A stretch of 64,000 nt of DNA. It comes from a virus (lineage: Duplodnaviria; Caudoviricetes). A program made the translations under genes and the position numbers. This document shows positions 15,729 to 24,744 of this stretch, piece after piece (position 1 is the first letter of the stretch; every line of letters starts with the position of its first letter). Below the pieces are notes generated by a model. That model was given only the letters and a program-made list of their open reading frames with translations, had not been told where the DNA came from and ran no database searches. The stretch spans positions 224,001 through 288,000 of IMG/VR virus record IMGVR_UViG_3300043754_000129; one strand, written 5' to 3'.

Positions 15729-16018
15729 TATGCGTTGGGCGAGACGCCCTCGGTATAACCCTTCGGCTGCGTGCCCGGCGTGATACCTGCGGCGCGCTTG
15801 AGTTGCAGACGGATCTCTTCGACCGTCAACGCGCGCGCAACCGGCATCTTCGGTACGTAGTGCAGGCCCGGACCGATACGTTCCTGCCAGTCATGCGGCA
15901 CCGGGATGACCTTCTGGTCGGCAAACTTCGAACGCCAGTTCGGTCCATGAATACGCTTCATGTAGCGCTCGAACTTGTTGCGGTCCTTGCGCTCACGCAC
16001 CTTCTTACTGCGGTTCAT
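15728..16018 (-). CDS. basic hypothetical protein
   Basis: 96 aa, GGGGAGAC RBS. Confidence 0.7.
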   Translation of the reverse strand: MNRSKKVRERKDRNKFERYMKRIHGPNWRSKFADQKVIPVPHDWQERIGPGLHYVPKMPVARALTVEEIRLQLKRAAGITPGTQPKGYTEGVSPNA

Positions 16019-16838
16019 ACGTCTCCCCCATTTCGACGTAGTCCACCGGGATGTTGAGTTCCCGTGCGGTCTTCACTTCTTCCGACACCCCCACCGACTT
16101 CTCCCAGCCCGGCAGCTTCAGCACGATCACGCGATCGCACTTACGCAAGATAGTGAGGTCGTGTTCACGCCACTTGTCCCAACCGGTCTTGTGTGGCGCA
16201 CCCGACTCCTTGATGACCGCGAGGTTATGCGCGATCGGCGAGACACAGTAGATGCCTTGCTCGATCAGCTCATCGGCCTTGCGACACACCCAGATGCGGT
16301 TCGATTCCTGGATACGTGGATCGTCGTTCGTGAAGGGCGAGGCCAGGTAGTACAACTGCGCCCCCAAGCCCGGACGACGCGGACGTTGCAGGCCTGAGCG
16401 CACACCCGCATCGAAGCATTCTTGCTCGGTCGGTGCGCGGCCCGCATGCAGATAGAACGCGCCACGGAAACCACCGAGCGTGTTCGGCACGAGTTCCAGC
16501 ATCCCGCGCTTCATCGACCAGTCCGAGAACATCTTGACGTAGTTCGCCAGCACCGTACAGACCGCACTGAAGGTTTCGTTGTTGCCCGACTGGAAGAGCA
16601 ACTCGTCGATGGCCTTCACGGCGATCTTGTCGGGATCCGTCACATCGATCAGGAAGTGGACAGCTGCCGAATACGACGTCTTGATCTGAAGGACCGTGCG
16701 CTTATACGACAGCACCTTCTCGCCCCAATCCCAGTTCTCCGGGATGTTGAGGCTGATGCCGGTCTTGATCCCCGGTGCGTTGCGCATCTCTTCGTTGAGT
16801 GCGACCGCTTCTTGAATTTCTTCTTCGCGTGTTTTCAT
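16005..16838 (-). CDS. protein with C-terminal nucleoside 2-deoxyribosyltransferase-like (DUF1937) domain
   Basis: YYLASPF...SPIAHN...DLTILRKCDRVIVLKLPGWEKSVGVSEE. Confidence 0.75.
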   Translation of the reverse strand: MKTREEEIQEAVALNEEMRNAPGIKTGISLNIPENWDWGEKVLSYKRTVLQIKTSYSAAVHFLIDVTDPDKIAVKAIDELLFQSGNNETFSAVCTVLANYVKMFSDWSMKRGMLELVPNTLGGFRGAFYLHAGRAPTEQECFDAGVRSGLQRPRRPGLGAQLYYLASPFTNDDPRIQESNRIWVCRKADELIEQGIYCVSPIAHNLAVIKESGAPHKTGWDKWREHDLTILRKCDRVIVLKLPGWEKSVGVSEEVKTARELNIPVDYVEMGETYEPQ

Positions 16839-16848
16839 GTTGGTTCTG

Positions 16849-17328
16849 TTATCGGAAGTACGCACCACTCTTGATGTGCTCTTCGTCCAGCTCTTCACAC
16901 TTGGCCTTCAGCGCCAGTGCGTCCCAAAACGCGTTGTGCTGCACCGCCCCACGGAGCTTGGTCGGATACGACTCGATTGGTCGGATGTCAAACGTGATGC
17001 GCGGCACCTTGATACGCTTACCCGGTCCCAGCAACATCTCTTCACAGAAGTACTTCACGTCATCCGGCCAGTCGCAGATCACGTTCGGACACGGGTCGCC
17101 CTTGAAGAACTCTTCCAAGAGGTTCCCGGCCTTTGCACCCGGATTCATGTGCAAGGCAAACGCCGGCGCATTTTCCAGATGGGGCAGCACGTTCTGTCGT
17201 ACGTACTCCGTGTAGCTTTCCAGCTTCGGGTAGATCACGTACAAGCCGTGCCCGTCCTGGCGCACGATCCCCAACGAGATGAGCTTGCCACCGAACCCGT
17301 TGAACTCGGTATCGAGATAGTAGTCCAT
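16849..17328 (-). CDS. 3'-5' exoribonuclease, DEDDh (RNase AS/DUF5051-like)
   Basis: YLDTEF...LISLGIV...DWPDD...HNAFWDA. Confidence 0.8.
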   Translation of the reverse strand: MDYYLDTEFNGFGGKLISLGIVRQDGHGLYVIYPKLESYTEYVRQNVLPHLENAPAFALHMNPGAKAGNLLEEFFKGDPCPNVICDWPDDVKYFCEEMLLGPGKRIKVPRITFDIRPIESYPTKLRGAVQHNAFWDALALKAKCEELDEEHIKSGAYFR

Positions 17329-17331
17329 GGC

Positions 17332-17709
17332 TTACCCGTGCGCGAGTGACCAGTCCCAGTACTTGGCTTCGCTGATGACGCGAGCCACGCGCTTATCGAG
17401 CGGATCCGCCATGGTGCGATCTTGCAGCCAGTCTTCCCCACGCGTTTCCAGCTTGCCGACCTTCAGCTTACCGGCGAGCATCTCGATGGCAGTCATGTCA
17501 GCGAACGCCGTCTTTGCTGCGTGCGTGATGAACATCTTCACACGCTCGGTCCAATCCGGTCGCGCTTCGAGCACCGTCAGGAGTTCTTCCGGCGTGCGTT
17601 CCTTCTCTTGAAACACGTGCTCCTGCCAGCAGCCGATCATGAACTTCACGAGTTCACCCATCTGGCTCATGCTGGCATATACGCTGATCTTCTCTTGTGC
17701 GGCGGTCAT
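17332..17709 (-). CDS. hypothetical protein
   Basis: 125 aa, AGAGGGAAC RBS. Confidence 0.75.
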   Translation of the reverse strand: MTAAQEKISVYASMSQMGELVKFMIGCWQEHVFQEKERTPEELLTVLEARPDWTERVKMFITHAAKTAFADMTAIEMLAGKLKVGKLETRGEDWLQDRTMADPLDKRVARVISEAKYWDWSLAHG

Positions 17710-18428
17710 GTTCCCTCTGCGGTTCTAACAGTGATGGTGACGAGAGAGTCCAGCTTGATGAACGTAAACGCTCGCCGACTCGTCCAGCCACCCGTATCGA
17801 TAAAGTGCACGTTGCCCAGTACCTTGGGTACCGGCGTCGTGCAGTGACCCACGATCACAGCGCGGATATCGGGGATGATCTCATGCGTTCCCGTCTTGAA
17901 ACGATCCCGATCCCACATCGCATCGTGCCGTGCGGTCTTCTGAACTTGTGTGCCTTCGGTTTGATCCCGAAGGGCTTGGGTGAATTCCGCCCAGGTCGGC
18001 TTCACGCAGTTCGCGTGCGTAATCCCAACCATGCCGTACCTGTCGTTTTCCACCTCGATGGCAAAGGGCAGGTCGCGGAACGCATCAGCAAAGCGCTGCT
18101 GGTTCTCACGCGTGTTCTGCATATTCCAGCCGCCACCGCCTTCGATGTAGCGCTTGATGTCGATGGGACGATCCTCGCACAGCCGGACAGCGAAGTCGTC
18201 GTGATTGCCCATGACGCTATAGAACCAGGGTTCCTTCATCAGGTTCAGCACCTGGAACGGTTCATCCCCACGGTCCACCAGATCCCCCGTGCAGAAGAGG
18301 CGATCCACGGCGGGATCAAAGCCAATCTCCTTGAGGGCTGCGCGCAGACGCGAGACGTGAGCGTGGACATCCCCCACCGCCCAGTCTTGGCCGCGCAAAT
18401 TCTCTTTGAAACGTTTTACTGCTTCCAT
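17706..18428 (-). CDS. calcineurin-like Ser/Thr protein phosphatase (PphA/lambda NinI family)
   Basis: VGDVH, GDLVDRG, GNHD, ITHA, IVGHCT, FIDTG. Confidence 0.93.
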   Translation of the reverse strand: MEAVKRFKENLRGQDWAVGDVHAHVSRLRAALKEIGFDPAVDRLFCTGDLVDRGDEPFQVLNLMKEPWFYSVMGNHDDFAVRLCEDRPIDIKRYIEGGGGWNMQNTRENQQRFADAFRDLPFAIEVENDRYGMVGITHANCVKPTWAEFTQALRDQTEGTQVQKTARHDAMWDRDRFKTGTHEIIPDIRAVIVGHCTTPVPKVLGNVHFIDTGGWTSRRAFTFIKLDSLVTITVRTAEGT

Positions 18429-18435
18429 GATGTCC

Positions 18436-18693
18436 TCAATAACGACCGGGGCTGATGTAGCAAGACAGGCGTCCATCCACATCGGCTTTCGCTGGGCGAC
18501 CCTGACGCAGACGACGCGCAATCGTCTTCGCACCGGGGTGATAGCGCACAAACACCACACGCAGCGTCTTGCAACTCCAGTCGTAGTTCACGGGACCGGA
18601 CGTGCAGACGCTCTTGCGCGGGGTGCGCTTACCCATCTTAATCACACGCCGCCAGTATGCGTTGTTCTTCACTAGCATCGAATTGACCCCCAT
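18436..18693 (-). CDS. basic hypothetical protein
   Basis: fills gap between neighbours; start uncertain. Confidence 0.45.
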   Translation of the reverse strand: MGVNSMLVKNNAYWRRVIKMGKRTPRKSVCTSGPVNYDWSCKTLRVVFVRYHPGAKTIARRLRQGRPAKADVDGRLSCYISPGRY

Positions 18694-18889
18694 CCTTCCT
18701 GATCTTATCGATGAGGTAACGGGCGCGCTTATGCCGGCGCTCCTGCTTGCTCATCGATTCCGAATAGCCTTCCACTCCGCAAGCTGGACAGCAGTAACCC
18801 GTGTAGCCCGCAGACTGCCGAGCCATCCAGTTACTCGTGCGCTCCCCACGATAGCGTAAGCGCTTCAGTTCATCCCGTGGTTTGCTCAT
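18638..18889 (-). CDS. small basic Zn-ribbon-like protein
   Basis: MSKPRDEL...CCPACG. Confidence 0.6.
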   Translation of the reverse strand: MSKPRDELKRLRYRGERTSNWMARQSAGYTGYCCPACGVEGYSESMSKQERRHKRARYLIDKIRKDGGQFDASEEQRILAACD

Positions 18890-19253
18890 CGACAAGTTTC
18901 CCTTTGCCTGCGATCTTGGCTGCCAGCACACGAGCCACAGCGCACACTTGCTGAATGCCCTGCGCCATCACCCGCATGCCGATGTGTGTCTTCTCGTCTT
19001 TGGAGACCGTCCCAGCATCGTTCTCGAGTTCCGTGATCGAGGCGATCAGGCCCTTGAGTTGCACGAGGTCAGCCTGCGACGGATTCTGACGCCCCCACTC
19101 CACACCCGCAGTGAATGCTTGCTTGAGCCACAGCTTGGTGTGATCCGACTCGCGGTGAAAGCGGGTCTCGATAAACTCTTCGATGGCGGGAGCAACAGCG
19201 CGCCGCTCAAGATCGCGCTGCATCACCCCACCGTCAGGCGGAACGTACGTCAT
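18870..19253 (-). CDS. hypothetical protein (WGRxNP motif)
   Basis: AFTAGVEWGRQNP shared with next gene. Confidence 0.65.
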   Translation of the reverse strand: MTYVPPDGGVMQRDLERRAVAPAIEEFIETRFHRESDHTKLWLKQAFTAGVEWGRQNPSQADLVQLKGLIASITELENDAGTVSKDEKTHIGMRVMAQGIQQVCAVARVLAAKIAGKGKLVDEQTTG

Positions 19254-19449
19254 CGGCTTTCGGTGCCGGATTCGCACGCCCCCACTGAATGCCTTGGTTG
19301 AAGGCGTTCATCACATCGGCCTGGATGCACGGACGCTCATCGCCCTCGTAAAGCGCAGCCACGGCTTCAGCCGCAGCCAGCTGTGCATCTTGATCAAGCG
19401 ATCGAGCCAGCTGAGCAGCTGCTACGGGATTCATGCCACCGAAACTCAT
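19234..19449 (-). CDS. hypothetical protein (WGRxNP motif)
   Basis: AFNQGIQWGRANP; ATGA overlap. Confidence 0.65.
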   Translation of the reverse strand: MSFGGMNPVAAAQLARSLDQDAQLAAAEAVAALYEGDERPCIQADVMNAFNQGIQWGRANPAPKADDVRSA

Positions 19450-19850
19450 TTGTTTTCCTCCACAGCACGTTCTTTGTAGTAGACCAACGGCAGACAGCCG
19501 ACGCTACCCATTTCCAACGGCGAGATGTTCGTCGCAGCAACGGCCATCGCTGCCGCTGAGTTCACTTCACCCTGGTTCCACACCGGAGGCATCTCCACAA
19601 ACTTCGGTGGCAGATGTTGCTCGGGAACCGCCATGGCATTCCGATGCAGGTCAGCCAGTGTCGGTTCCCAATACACCGCATCGTACTTGCCCGTGAACAC
19701 ACCCCAGGCCAACGACAGACGACGGCGCAGCGAGAGTCCTTGGAAGCCCAAGGGACGAGCCGGAATCCAACCGGCCTCCGGGTGGTTCGTCTGAGTGTGG
19801 GTGCCCCACTCGATGAGTTCCGGAACAAAGTACAGATGCGGCGTATTCAT
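19446..19850 (-). CDS. hypothetical protein
   Basis: 134 aa; WIPARPLG...RLSLAWGVFTGKYDAVYW segment. Confidence 0.7.
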   Translation of the reverse strand: MNTPHLYFVPELIEWGTHTQTNHPEAGWIPARPLGFQGLSLRRRLSLAWGVFTGKYDAVYWEPTLADLHRNAMAVPEQHLPPKFVEMPPVWNQGEVNSAAAMAVAATNISPLEMGSVGCLPLVYYKERAVEENK

Positions 19851-19851
19851 G

Positions 19852-20373
19852 TTAGACGCTCGCGCCGACGATGTGCTCGCTGTCGGCCTTGGTGATGATG
19901 ACCGGCGTCGTCGGCACGTCCTGGTGGAAGCCCTTGCCGCCCGTCTTCACCTTCTTGATCGCATCGACGACGTCCTGGCCTTCGATGACCTTGCCGAACA
20001 CGGCGTAGCCCCAGCCTTGCGGGGTCTTCGACGAGTGATTCAGGAACGTGTTGTCGTTGACGTTGATGAAGAACTGGGCGGTGGCCGAATGCGGATCGTT
20101 CGTGCGCGCCATCGCGATCGTGTACTTGTCGTTCTTCAGACCGTTGTCCGCTTCGTTCTGAATCGGTGCATCGGTCGCCGACTGGGTCATGCCTTCGTTG
20201 AAGCCGCCGCCCTGGATCATGAAGCCGTCGATCACGCGGTGGAAGATCAGGCCATTGTAGTGGCCCTTGTTCACGTAGTTCAGGAAGTTCTGCACCGTCT
20301 TCGGGGCGGCCTTCTCGTCGAGCTGAATTACGATCTTGCCATGGTTCGTTTCGAGGGTTACTTGTTTCGTCAT
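19852..20373 (-). CDS. ppiB: cyclophilin-type peptidyl-prolyl cis-trans isomerase
   Basis: [50 protein letters not shown]. Confidence 0.97.
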   Translation of the reverse strand: MTKQVTLETNHGKIVIQLDEKAAPKTVQNFLNYVNKGHYNGLIFHRVIDGFMIQGGGFNEGMTQSATDAPIQNEADNGLKNDKYTIAMARTNDPHSATAQFFINVNDNTFLNHSSKTPQGWGYAVFGKVIEGQDVVDAIKKVKTGGKGFHQDVPTTPVIITKADSEHIVGASV

Positions 20374-20450
20374 TTCGTTATTCTCCGGTTATTGATAGAA
20401 GGGCTGAGTGTGCCGTTCAGAAGATACTTGAACTGTGTTTTTTTAACCTG

Positions 20451-20490
20451 ACGGCAAAAAAGCCCTGCCGAGCTACCAACTCAGCAGGGG
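20451..20490 (-). terminator. intrinsic terminator
   Basis: CCCTGCTGAG-TTGGTAG-CTCGGCAGGG then CTTTTTTGCCGT. Confidence 0.8.
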
Positions 20491-20528
20491 CACCAATGCG
20501 GTAAATCGTCTTCAGGAAAGAAAGCGGA

Positions 20529-20882
20529 TTAGCTTTCGAGGGGTTCCGTGCCGGGAACGACAACGCCGTCGATCGACGGGGTCGTGTTTTGCAGGCCAGC
20601 AGCCGGCAGGCCCGAGCCCGTCGTCAGCTGCGCCACGTAGCGCGGGTCGAGCGTGTTGCCGGTGACGGGGTCGACCGGGGGCACGAACGTAGCGCCGTAG
20701 GGCACGTACGTCTGGCGCTTGAACAGCTGCGGGCCGTTCGGCAGCGAAGCGTCGTCGACCACAACGTCCACGGCGCCGTCGCCCCAGATGTTGACGATGA
20801 CAGCAGCGAGGGGAGCGTCAGCCGACATGAATTGCACGCGCTGATCGACACTCGGGGTCGTAACGGGAGTAGGACCGGACAT
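20529..20882 (-). CDS. putative virion protein sharing N-terminal domain with next gene
   Basis: PSVDQRV...AAVIVNIWGDGAVDVVV vs PNLDQAV...AAVVHVWEDGHVDLVV. Confidence 0.65.
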   Translation of the reverse strand: MSGPTPVTTPSVDQRVQFMSADAPLAAVIVNIWGDGAVDVVVDDASLPNGPQLFKRQTYVPYGATFVPPVDPVTGNTLDPRYVAQLTTGSGLPAAGLQNTTPSIDGVVVPGTEPLES

Positions 20883-20984
20883 GATTGTGTTTACCTTTGC
20901 AAAGGAAAAGGAAGGAACATGCCAAAAAAAGAAAGGCATGACGGAGAGGAGAGCGCTCTCCTCATACCCGCTATACGATAAAGA

Positions 20985-22919
20985 TCAGTTAAGCGTGAAT
21001 GCGAGCGACATACTCACACCATCCATCGAACCGACGCCGTTAGAAGCAGCGCCGACCAAGACATAAACACGGTCGCCCTGATTCATTGCAAGCGATGAAC
21101 CAGAGAGCCAAGTAGATGAGGCCTTGTTGGCACTTGGAAGGAAGCTCAGCTCAGCGACAGCTGCTGCTGCCGATGTCGTCGTTGAGATATAGAACGGGAT
21201 AGCGGCTGCGGAGCCTGTTTCGGCATATCCAAACATCGCCACCAACGTCATAGCGCGCGGCGCGACGAAGCTGAAGAGCACTGTTCCAACGCCCGCCACC
21301 AGCTGTGCATTACGCAGGAAAGGCGAATTAACGTAATGCGGTGCACCCGCAAATGTTGCCAGCGCATAACGCGCATCCGACGTAGCTTGCGACATAACTG
21401 GACTGCCGCCAATTCCAAGTGTAGGTGTGTTGATAAAGGCCATCACACCGGTAGTACGGGAAATGTCGATCACGTCGCCAAGAAGGGTACCAGTGTCGTT
21501 GTAGTAGTAGATCCGCAGATCACCATTGGCTTGGTCGGTGCCGATGTTCCAACGCAGAACACCACCCTCAGTAATTTGCAACCCGCGAAACACCGTCCCC
21601 GTTGCATCTGCGATATAAGCCCCAGTAACCGTAGGGTGGCTCTTCGGCAGATAGGTACTGGCCGCATTCGTGATGGTCAGATACGCTGCCGCAGCTGCCT
21701 GTGTCGTGAGATACGCGGCTAGTGCACTGGTCAATGCGGCGCTGATAGCGGATGTGACTTGAGTCGGCGTCGAGTAGGTGGCGGCCGCATTTTGCGAGGT
21801 GAGATACGGTGCAATTGCAGCTGCTACCGCGCTTGCCATCGCCGTCTGTGTGGCATACGTCTCAGACGCATTGGAGATCGTCAGATACGTTGCTGCTGCA
21901 TCCGTAATCTTGAGGTAAAGCGACAAAGCAGCAGTAATTGCGCTAGTCACTTCCGTAGGTGTTGCAAATTCGCTTTGTGCAGCCTGAGTTGTGATGTATG
22001 GTTCGAGTGACGCTGTTAAAGCGTTCTCAAAATCCGTTTGTGTGGTGTAGGTGTTCGTTGCGTCTTGTACGGTCAGATAAGATTCCAAAGCTTGCGCAAT
22101 CAAATTCTGAACATTCGCTTTTGTACTATACGTACTGGACGCAAGATCGGTCGTCAGGTAGGGCGAGAGGTCCTGAGCGCAGCAGCAGCTAATCATCACC
22201 CATGCATCAGTACCCGCTGATCCGCTTCCTGGAACGAAGCGAAACTTGAACGTGGAGTAACCGATAATCGAAGTCGGGGCACCGATAGGTGTACCTAACG
22301 ACGAGGTGAATGAAAGTGCAGTAACCGATTCTGTAATAACAACATCGTGCGTCTCCCCAGGTGCTACTGGTTCAGGGAGAACAACTGTCAGCGCATTCAG
22401 AGCGGCCGCTGGAATAATCAAGCAAAGGGCCGTGAGCGGGCTGATTGACACAACGCCACCATCACCTGGCATCGATACAGCGGAGCCAGAGACAAATGGA
22501 TTGCCAGTGGTGAAGAGTGCACCAAGGCGATTGGATGGCGCTCCAAGACTCTGGGTACCGTCATTAACGGGCACCAAAAGACTTGAGAGGAGCTGTGGAT
22601 CGAACGATTCAGCCGTCGTCCAGGTGAGGGCTTCATCCAACGTCAGACCTGTTGGATATAGCGTACCATCGGTTCCGTTTCCAAAGCCTGGACCGAAGGA
22701 AGGATCGCCCATTGACGAATGGGGCGGGAAGGTCATTCGGAAGTTGGAGTAGCGCACCCGGTTGACTTTGAACTCCTGATGGTGTTCATTGGTAACAACC
22801 AGGTCGACGTGCCCGTCTTCCCAAACGTGAACCACTGCGGCCCTGAATTTCGTACCAGTAATCGCTTTATAATGCACAGCCTGATCGAGATTCGGGGCAC
22901 CGACTTGTGTTTTGATCAT
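20985..22919 (-). CDS. putative tail/fibre structural protein
   Basis: 644 aa Ala/Thr/Ser-rich; repeated YLTxxxAxxTY segments; beta-rich C-terminus. Confidence 0.7.
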   Translation of the reverse strand: MIKTQVGAPNLDQAVHYKAITGTKFRAAVVHVWEDGHVDLVVTNEHHQEFKVNRVRYSNFRMTFPPHSSMGDPSFGPGFGNGTDGTLYPTGLTLDEALTWTTAESFDPQLLSSLLVPVNDGTQSLGAPSNRLGALFTTGNPFVSGSAVSMPGDGGVVSISPLTALCLIIPAAALNALTVVLPEPVAPGETHDVVITESVTALSFTSSLGTPIGAPTSIIGYSTFKFRFVPGSGSAGTDAWVMISCCCAQDLSPYLTTDLASSTYSTKANVQNLIAQALESYLTVQDATNTYTTQTDFENALTASLEPYITTQAAQSEFATPTEVTSAITAALSLYLKITDAAATYLTISNASETYATQTAMASAVAAAIAPYLTSQNAAATYSTPTQVTSAISAALTSALAAYLTTQAAAAAYLTITNAASTYLPKSHPTVTGAYIADATGTVFRGLQITEGGVLRWNIGTDQANGDLRIYYYNDTGTLLGDVIDISRTTGVMAFINTPTLGIGGSPVMSQATSDARYALATFAGAPHYVNSPFLRNAQLVAGVGTVLFSFVAPRAMTLVAMFGYAETGSAAAIPFYISTTTSAAAAVAELSFLPSANKASSTWLSGSSLAMNQGDRVYVLVGAASNGVGSMDGVSMSLAFTLN

Positions 22920-23026
22920 GCTGATACTCCACTAAAAGGAGGGATAGAATGAACATCAAAAACGACATCGTGCGGCGGACAACCATAAGATTCGTGTTCA
23001 TTTTCCCCATCAAAAAAGAAGTAAAT

Positions 23027-23060
23027 GGCATAGCCCCCCTCCCAAACGGGAGGGGGGCTT
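23027..23060 (-). terminator. terminator (possibly bidirectional)
   Basis: AGCCCCCCTCCC-GTTT-GGGAGGGGGGCT then ATGCC. Confidence 0.7.
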
Positions 23061-23072
23061 ATACCGTCGTGT

Positions 23073-23966
23073 TTAATCCGGACAGGTCAGGATCAGCCAG
23101 GCACAGACGGCCAAGATGGAATCCTGCAAGTCACTGAAAGGCACGGAGACCGTGGCGCACACTTCATCGGGTGTGCTCTGGAAGTAGAAGAAGTCACCCA
23201 CGTCGCCGGTACGCAGTTGTTCACCATCGTAACCGGTCGATTCGTTTTCGCCCCAGAACTCATGCGCGTCACAGCCGCTACCGGGCATGGAGTTCCAGAC
23301 GGCCCCTTCGTACTTCTTGACGATATCCATCACCTTCAGGATTTCGTTTGCTGCTTCGATGACCTGATTGGTCGTGAGGGTCGGAAGCGCCTGCACTTCC
23401 TTCGGTGCCTGATGCATCGAGGAATGGCGCTCATTCCAGTTCATCTTCGGCGGCACTTCGATCTGCTGCATCTGGGTGCGCGCGAAGTTCTCCACCGCAT
23501 CGACGTCGTCGTCATGGATCTGGTAGAACGCTTCGATCGCTTCTTCGGCTTCGTCCAGTTCCTTGACGTACTTCTCGATCTGACCCACGCCGTCGTACTT
23601 GCGTTGCGCGTCGAGGAAGCCCCTCGAGAAGTGATCGAGCACTTCCTTGGGTTGGTGCATCTTGCCCTGGAACGCGAGATAGTGCCAGTCACGGATATTC
23701 ACGTGATGGGCTTCGGGCTTGTAGTGCGATTCGACCCAGTCGCGATTGGCGAAGGTCTGGGCGATGTAGCTCTTCACGTGAGCGGCGCCCTTGTAGAACG
23801 CTTGGTTGATGTGCTCACGGTGCGTCTTCGGATCCATCTTGGCACGCTTGCCCCCGAAGACCTGCTTGATGATGTCGAGGAAGCCCTCGCACGCGATGAC
23901 TTCTTGCACGGGCTGAATCACCGTTGCCGGGGCACGCATCGGCGAGCCCATGAGAGTTGTTCGCAT
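23073..23966 (-). CDS. putative internal head protein with prohead-protease site
   Basis: IACE/GFLDIIK matches the (S/A/G)-x-E cleavage motif of phiKZ-like head proteins after a short propeptide. Confidence 0.55.
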   Translation of the reverse strand: MRTTLMGSPMRAPATVIQPVQEVIACEGFLDIIKQVFGGKRAKMDPKTHREHINQAFYKGAAHVKSYIAQTFANRDWVESHYKPEAHHVNIRDWHYLAFQGKMHQPKEVLDHFSRGFLDAQRKYDGVGQIEKYVKELDEAEEAIEAFYQIHDDDVDAVENFARTQMQQIEVPPKMNWNERHSSMHQAPKEVQALPTLTTNQVIEAANEILKVMDIVKKYEGAVWNSMPGSGCDAHEFWGENESTGYDGEQLRTGDVGDFFYFQSTPDEVCATVSVPFSDLQDSILAVCAWLILTCPD

Positions 23967-23988
23967 TGTTTCTACCTTAAAAGGAACC

Positions 23989-24027
23989 AAAAAAATAAGT
24001 CGACCCCACCAAAGGATTAGGGTCGAC
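23989..24027 (-). terminator. intrinsic terminator
   Basis: GTCGACCC...GGGGTCGAC then TTATTTTTTT. Confidence 0.8.
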
Positions 24028-24035
24028 CAAAACGC

Positions 24036-24236
24036 TTACTTCAAATCGACGTTAGACATCGGCACCGAATAGTGCCTGCCTTCGTGTTCGACTTGAAGCA
24101 GTCCGCTTCTGCACTGCTTGATGAGTGTGCTGTCCAGGCCGATAATGCGACGGATGTCGGGATCGATACCGATGTCGCGTTTCGCGTTGACGACTACCGT
24201 TTTACCGATAGCGTCCTGTACCTGTTCGGGTGTCAT
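24036..24236 (-). CDS. hypothetical protein (SH3-like size)
   Basis: 66 aa, GAGG RBS. Confidence 0.65.
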   Translation of the reverse strand: MTPEQVQDAIGKTVVVNAKRDIGIDPDIRRIIGLDSTLIKQCRSGLLQVEHEGRHYSVPMSNVDLK

Positions 24237-24242
24237 AGGACC

Positions 24243-24716
24243 TCAGTTGTTTGCAGCCAGTTGAATGCGTTCCTCGTACGCAAGCTCCTGCACTGCCAGT
24301 TGCACCTTGCGCGCATACTTCCAACGCTCGCGTGGTGTTTCCGAATGGTAGCTGCCCACAGCGACCCAGTTATCGCCATGGAGATCGACCTTCTGCCGGT
24401 AGAGCCAAGCCGCCGTGTAGATGTTCTTACACGCGTTCATGAGATCGGCCTTGTGCACCCCGTACTTCTTCAACTCCTTCAAGTGGATGGAGTTGATTTG
24501 CATCATGCCGTAGTCAACCGAACCGTTCTTGTTGTGGTTGATCGCGTGAGGATTGTCTTGAGACTCGACCTTTGCAATGCCGCGCAAGATCACGGGTCGC
24601 ACCTTCTGGTAGTGCGCCGCAGCGTCAAAGCAATCCGCACGGCACGCTTGCGCCGTTACTGCGGTTACTGCTAGGAGGGATAGGGCGAGGACTTTCTGGA
24701 GTTTGGTTGTTCCCAT
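24243..24716 (-). CDS. secreted lytic transglycosylase (SLT; IagB/PilT/EtgA-like)
   Basis: signal peptide; IAKVES catalytic Glu, DYGMMQINS, AVGSYHS motifs. Confidence 0.9.
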   Translation of the reverse strand: MGTTKLQKVLALSLLAVTAVTAQACRADCFDAAAHYQKVRPVILRGIAKVESQDNPHAINHNKNGSVDYGMMQINSIHLKELKKYGVHKADLMNACKNIYTAAWLYRQKVDLHGDNWVAVGSYHSETPRERWKYARKVQLAVQELAYEERIQLAANN

Positions 24717-24744
24717 CGTTCTGAGTTCCTTGGTTTCGACTTGG

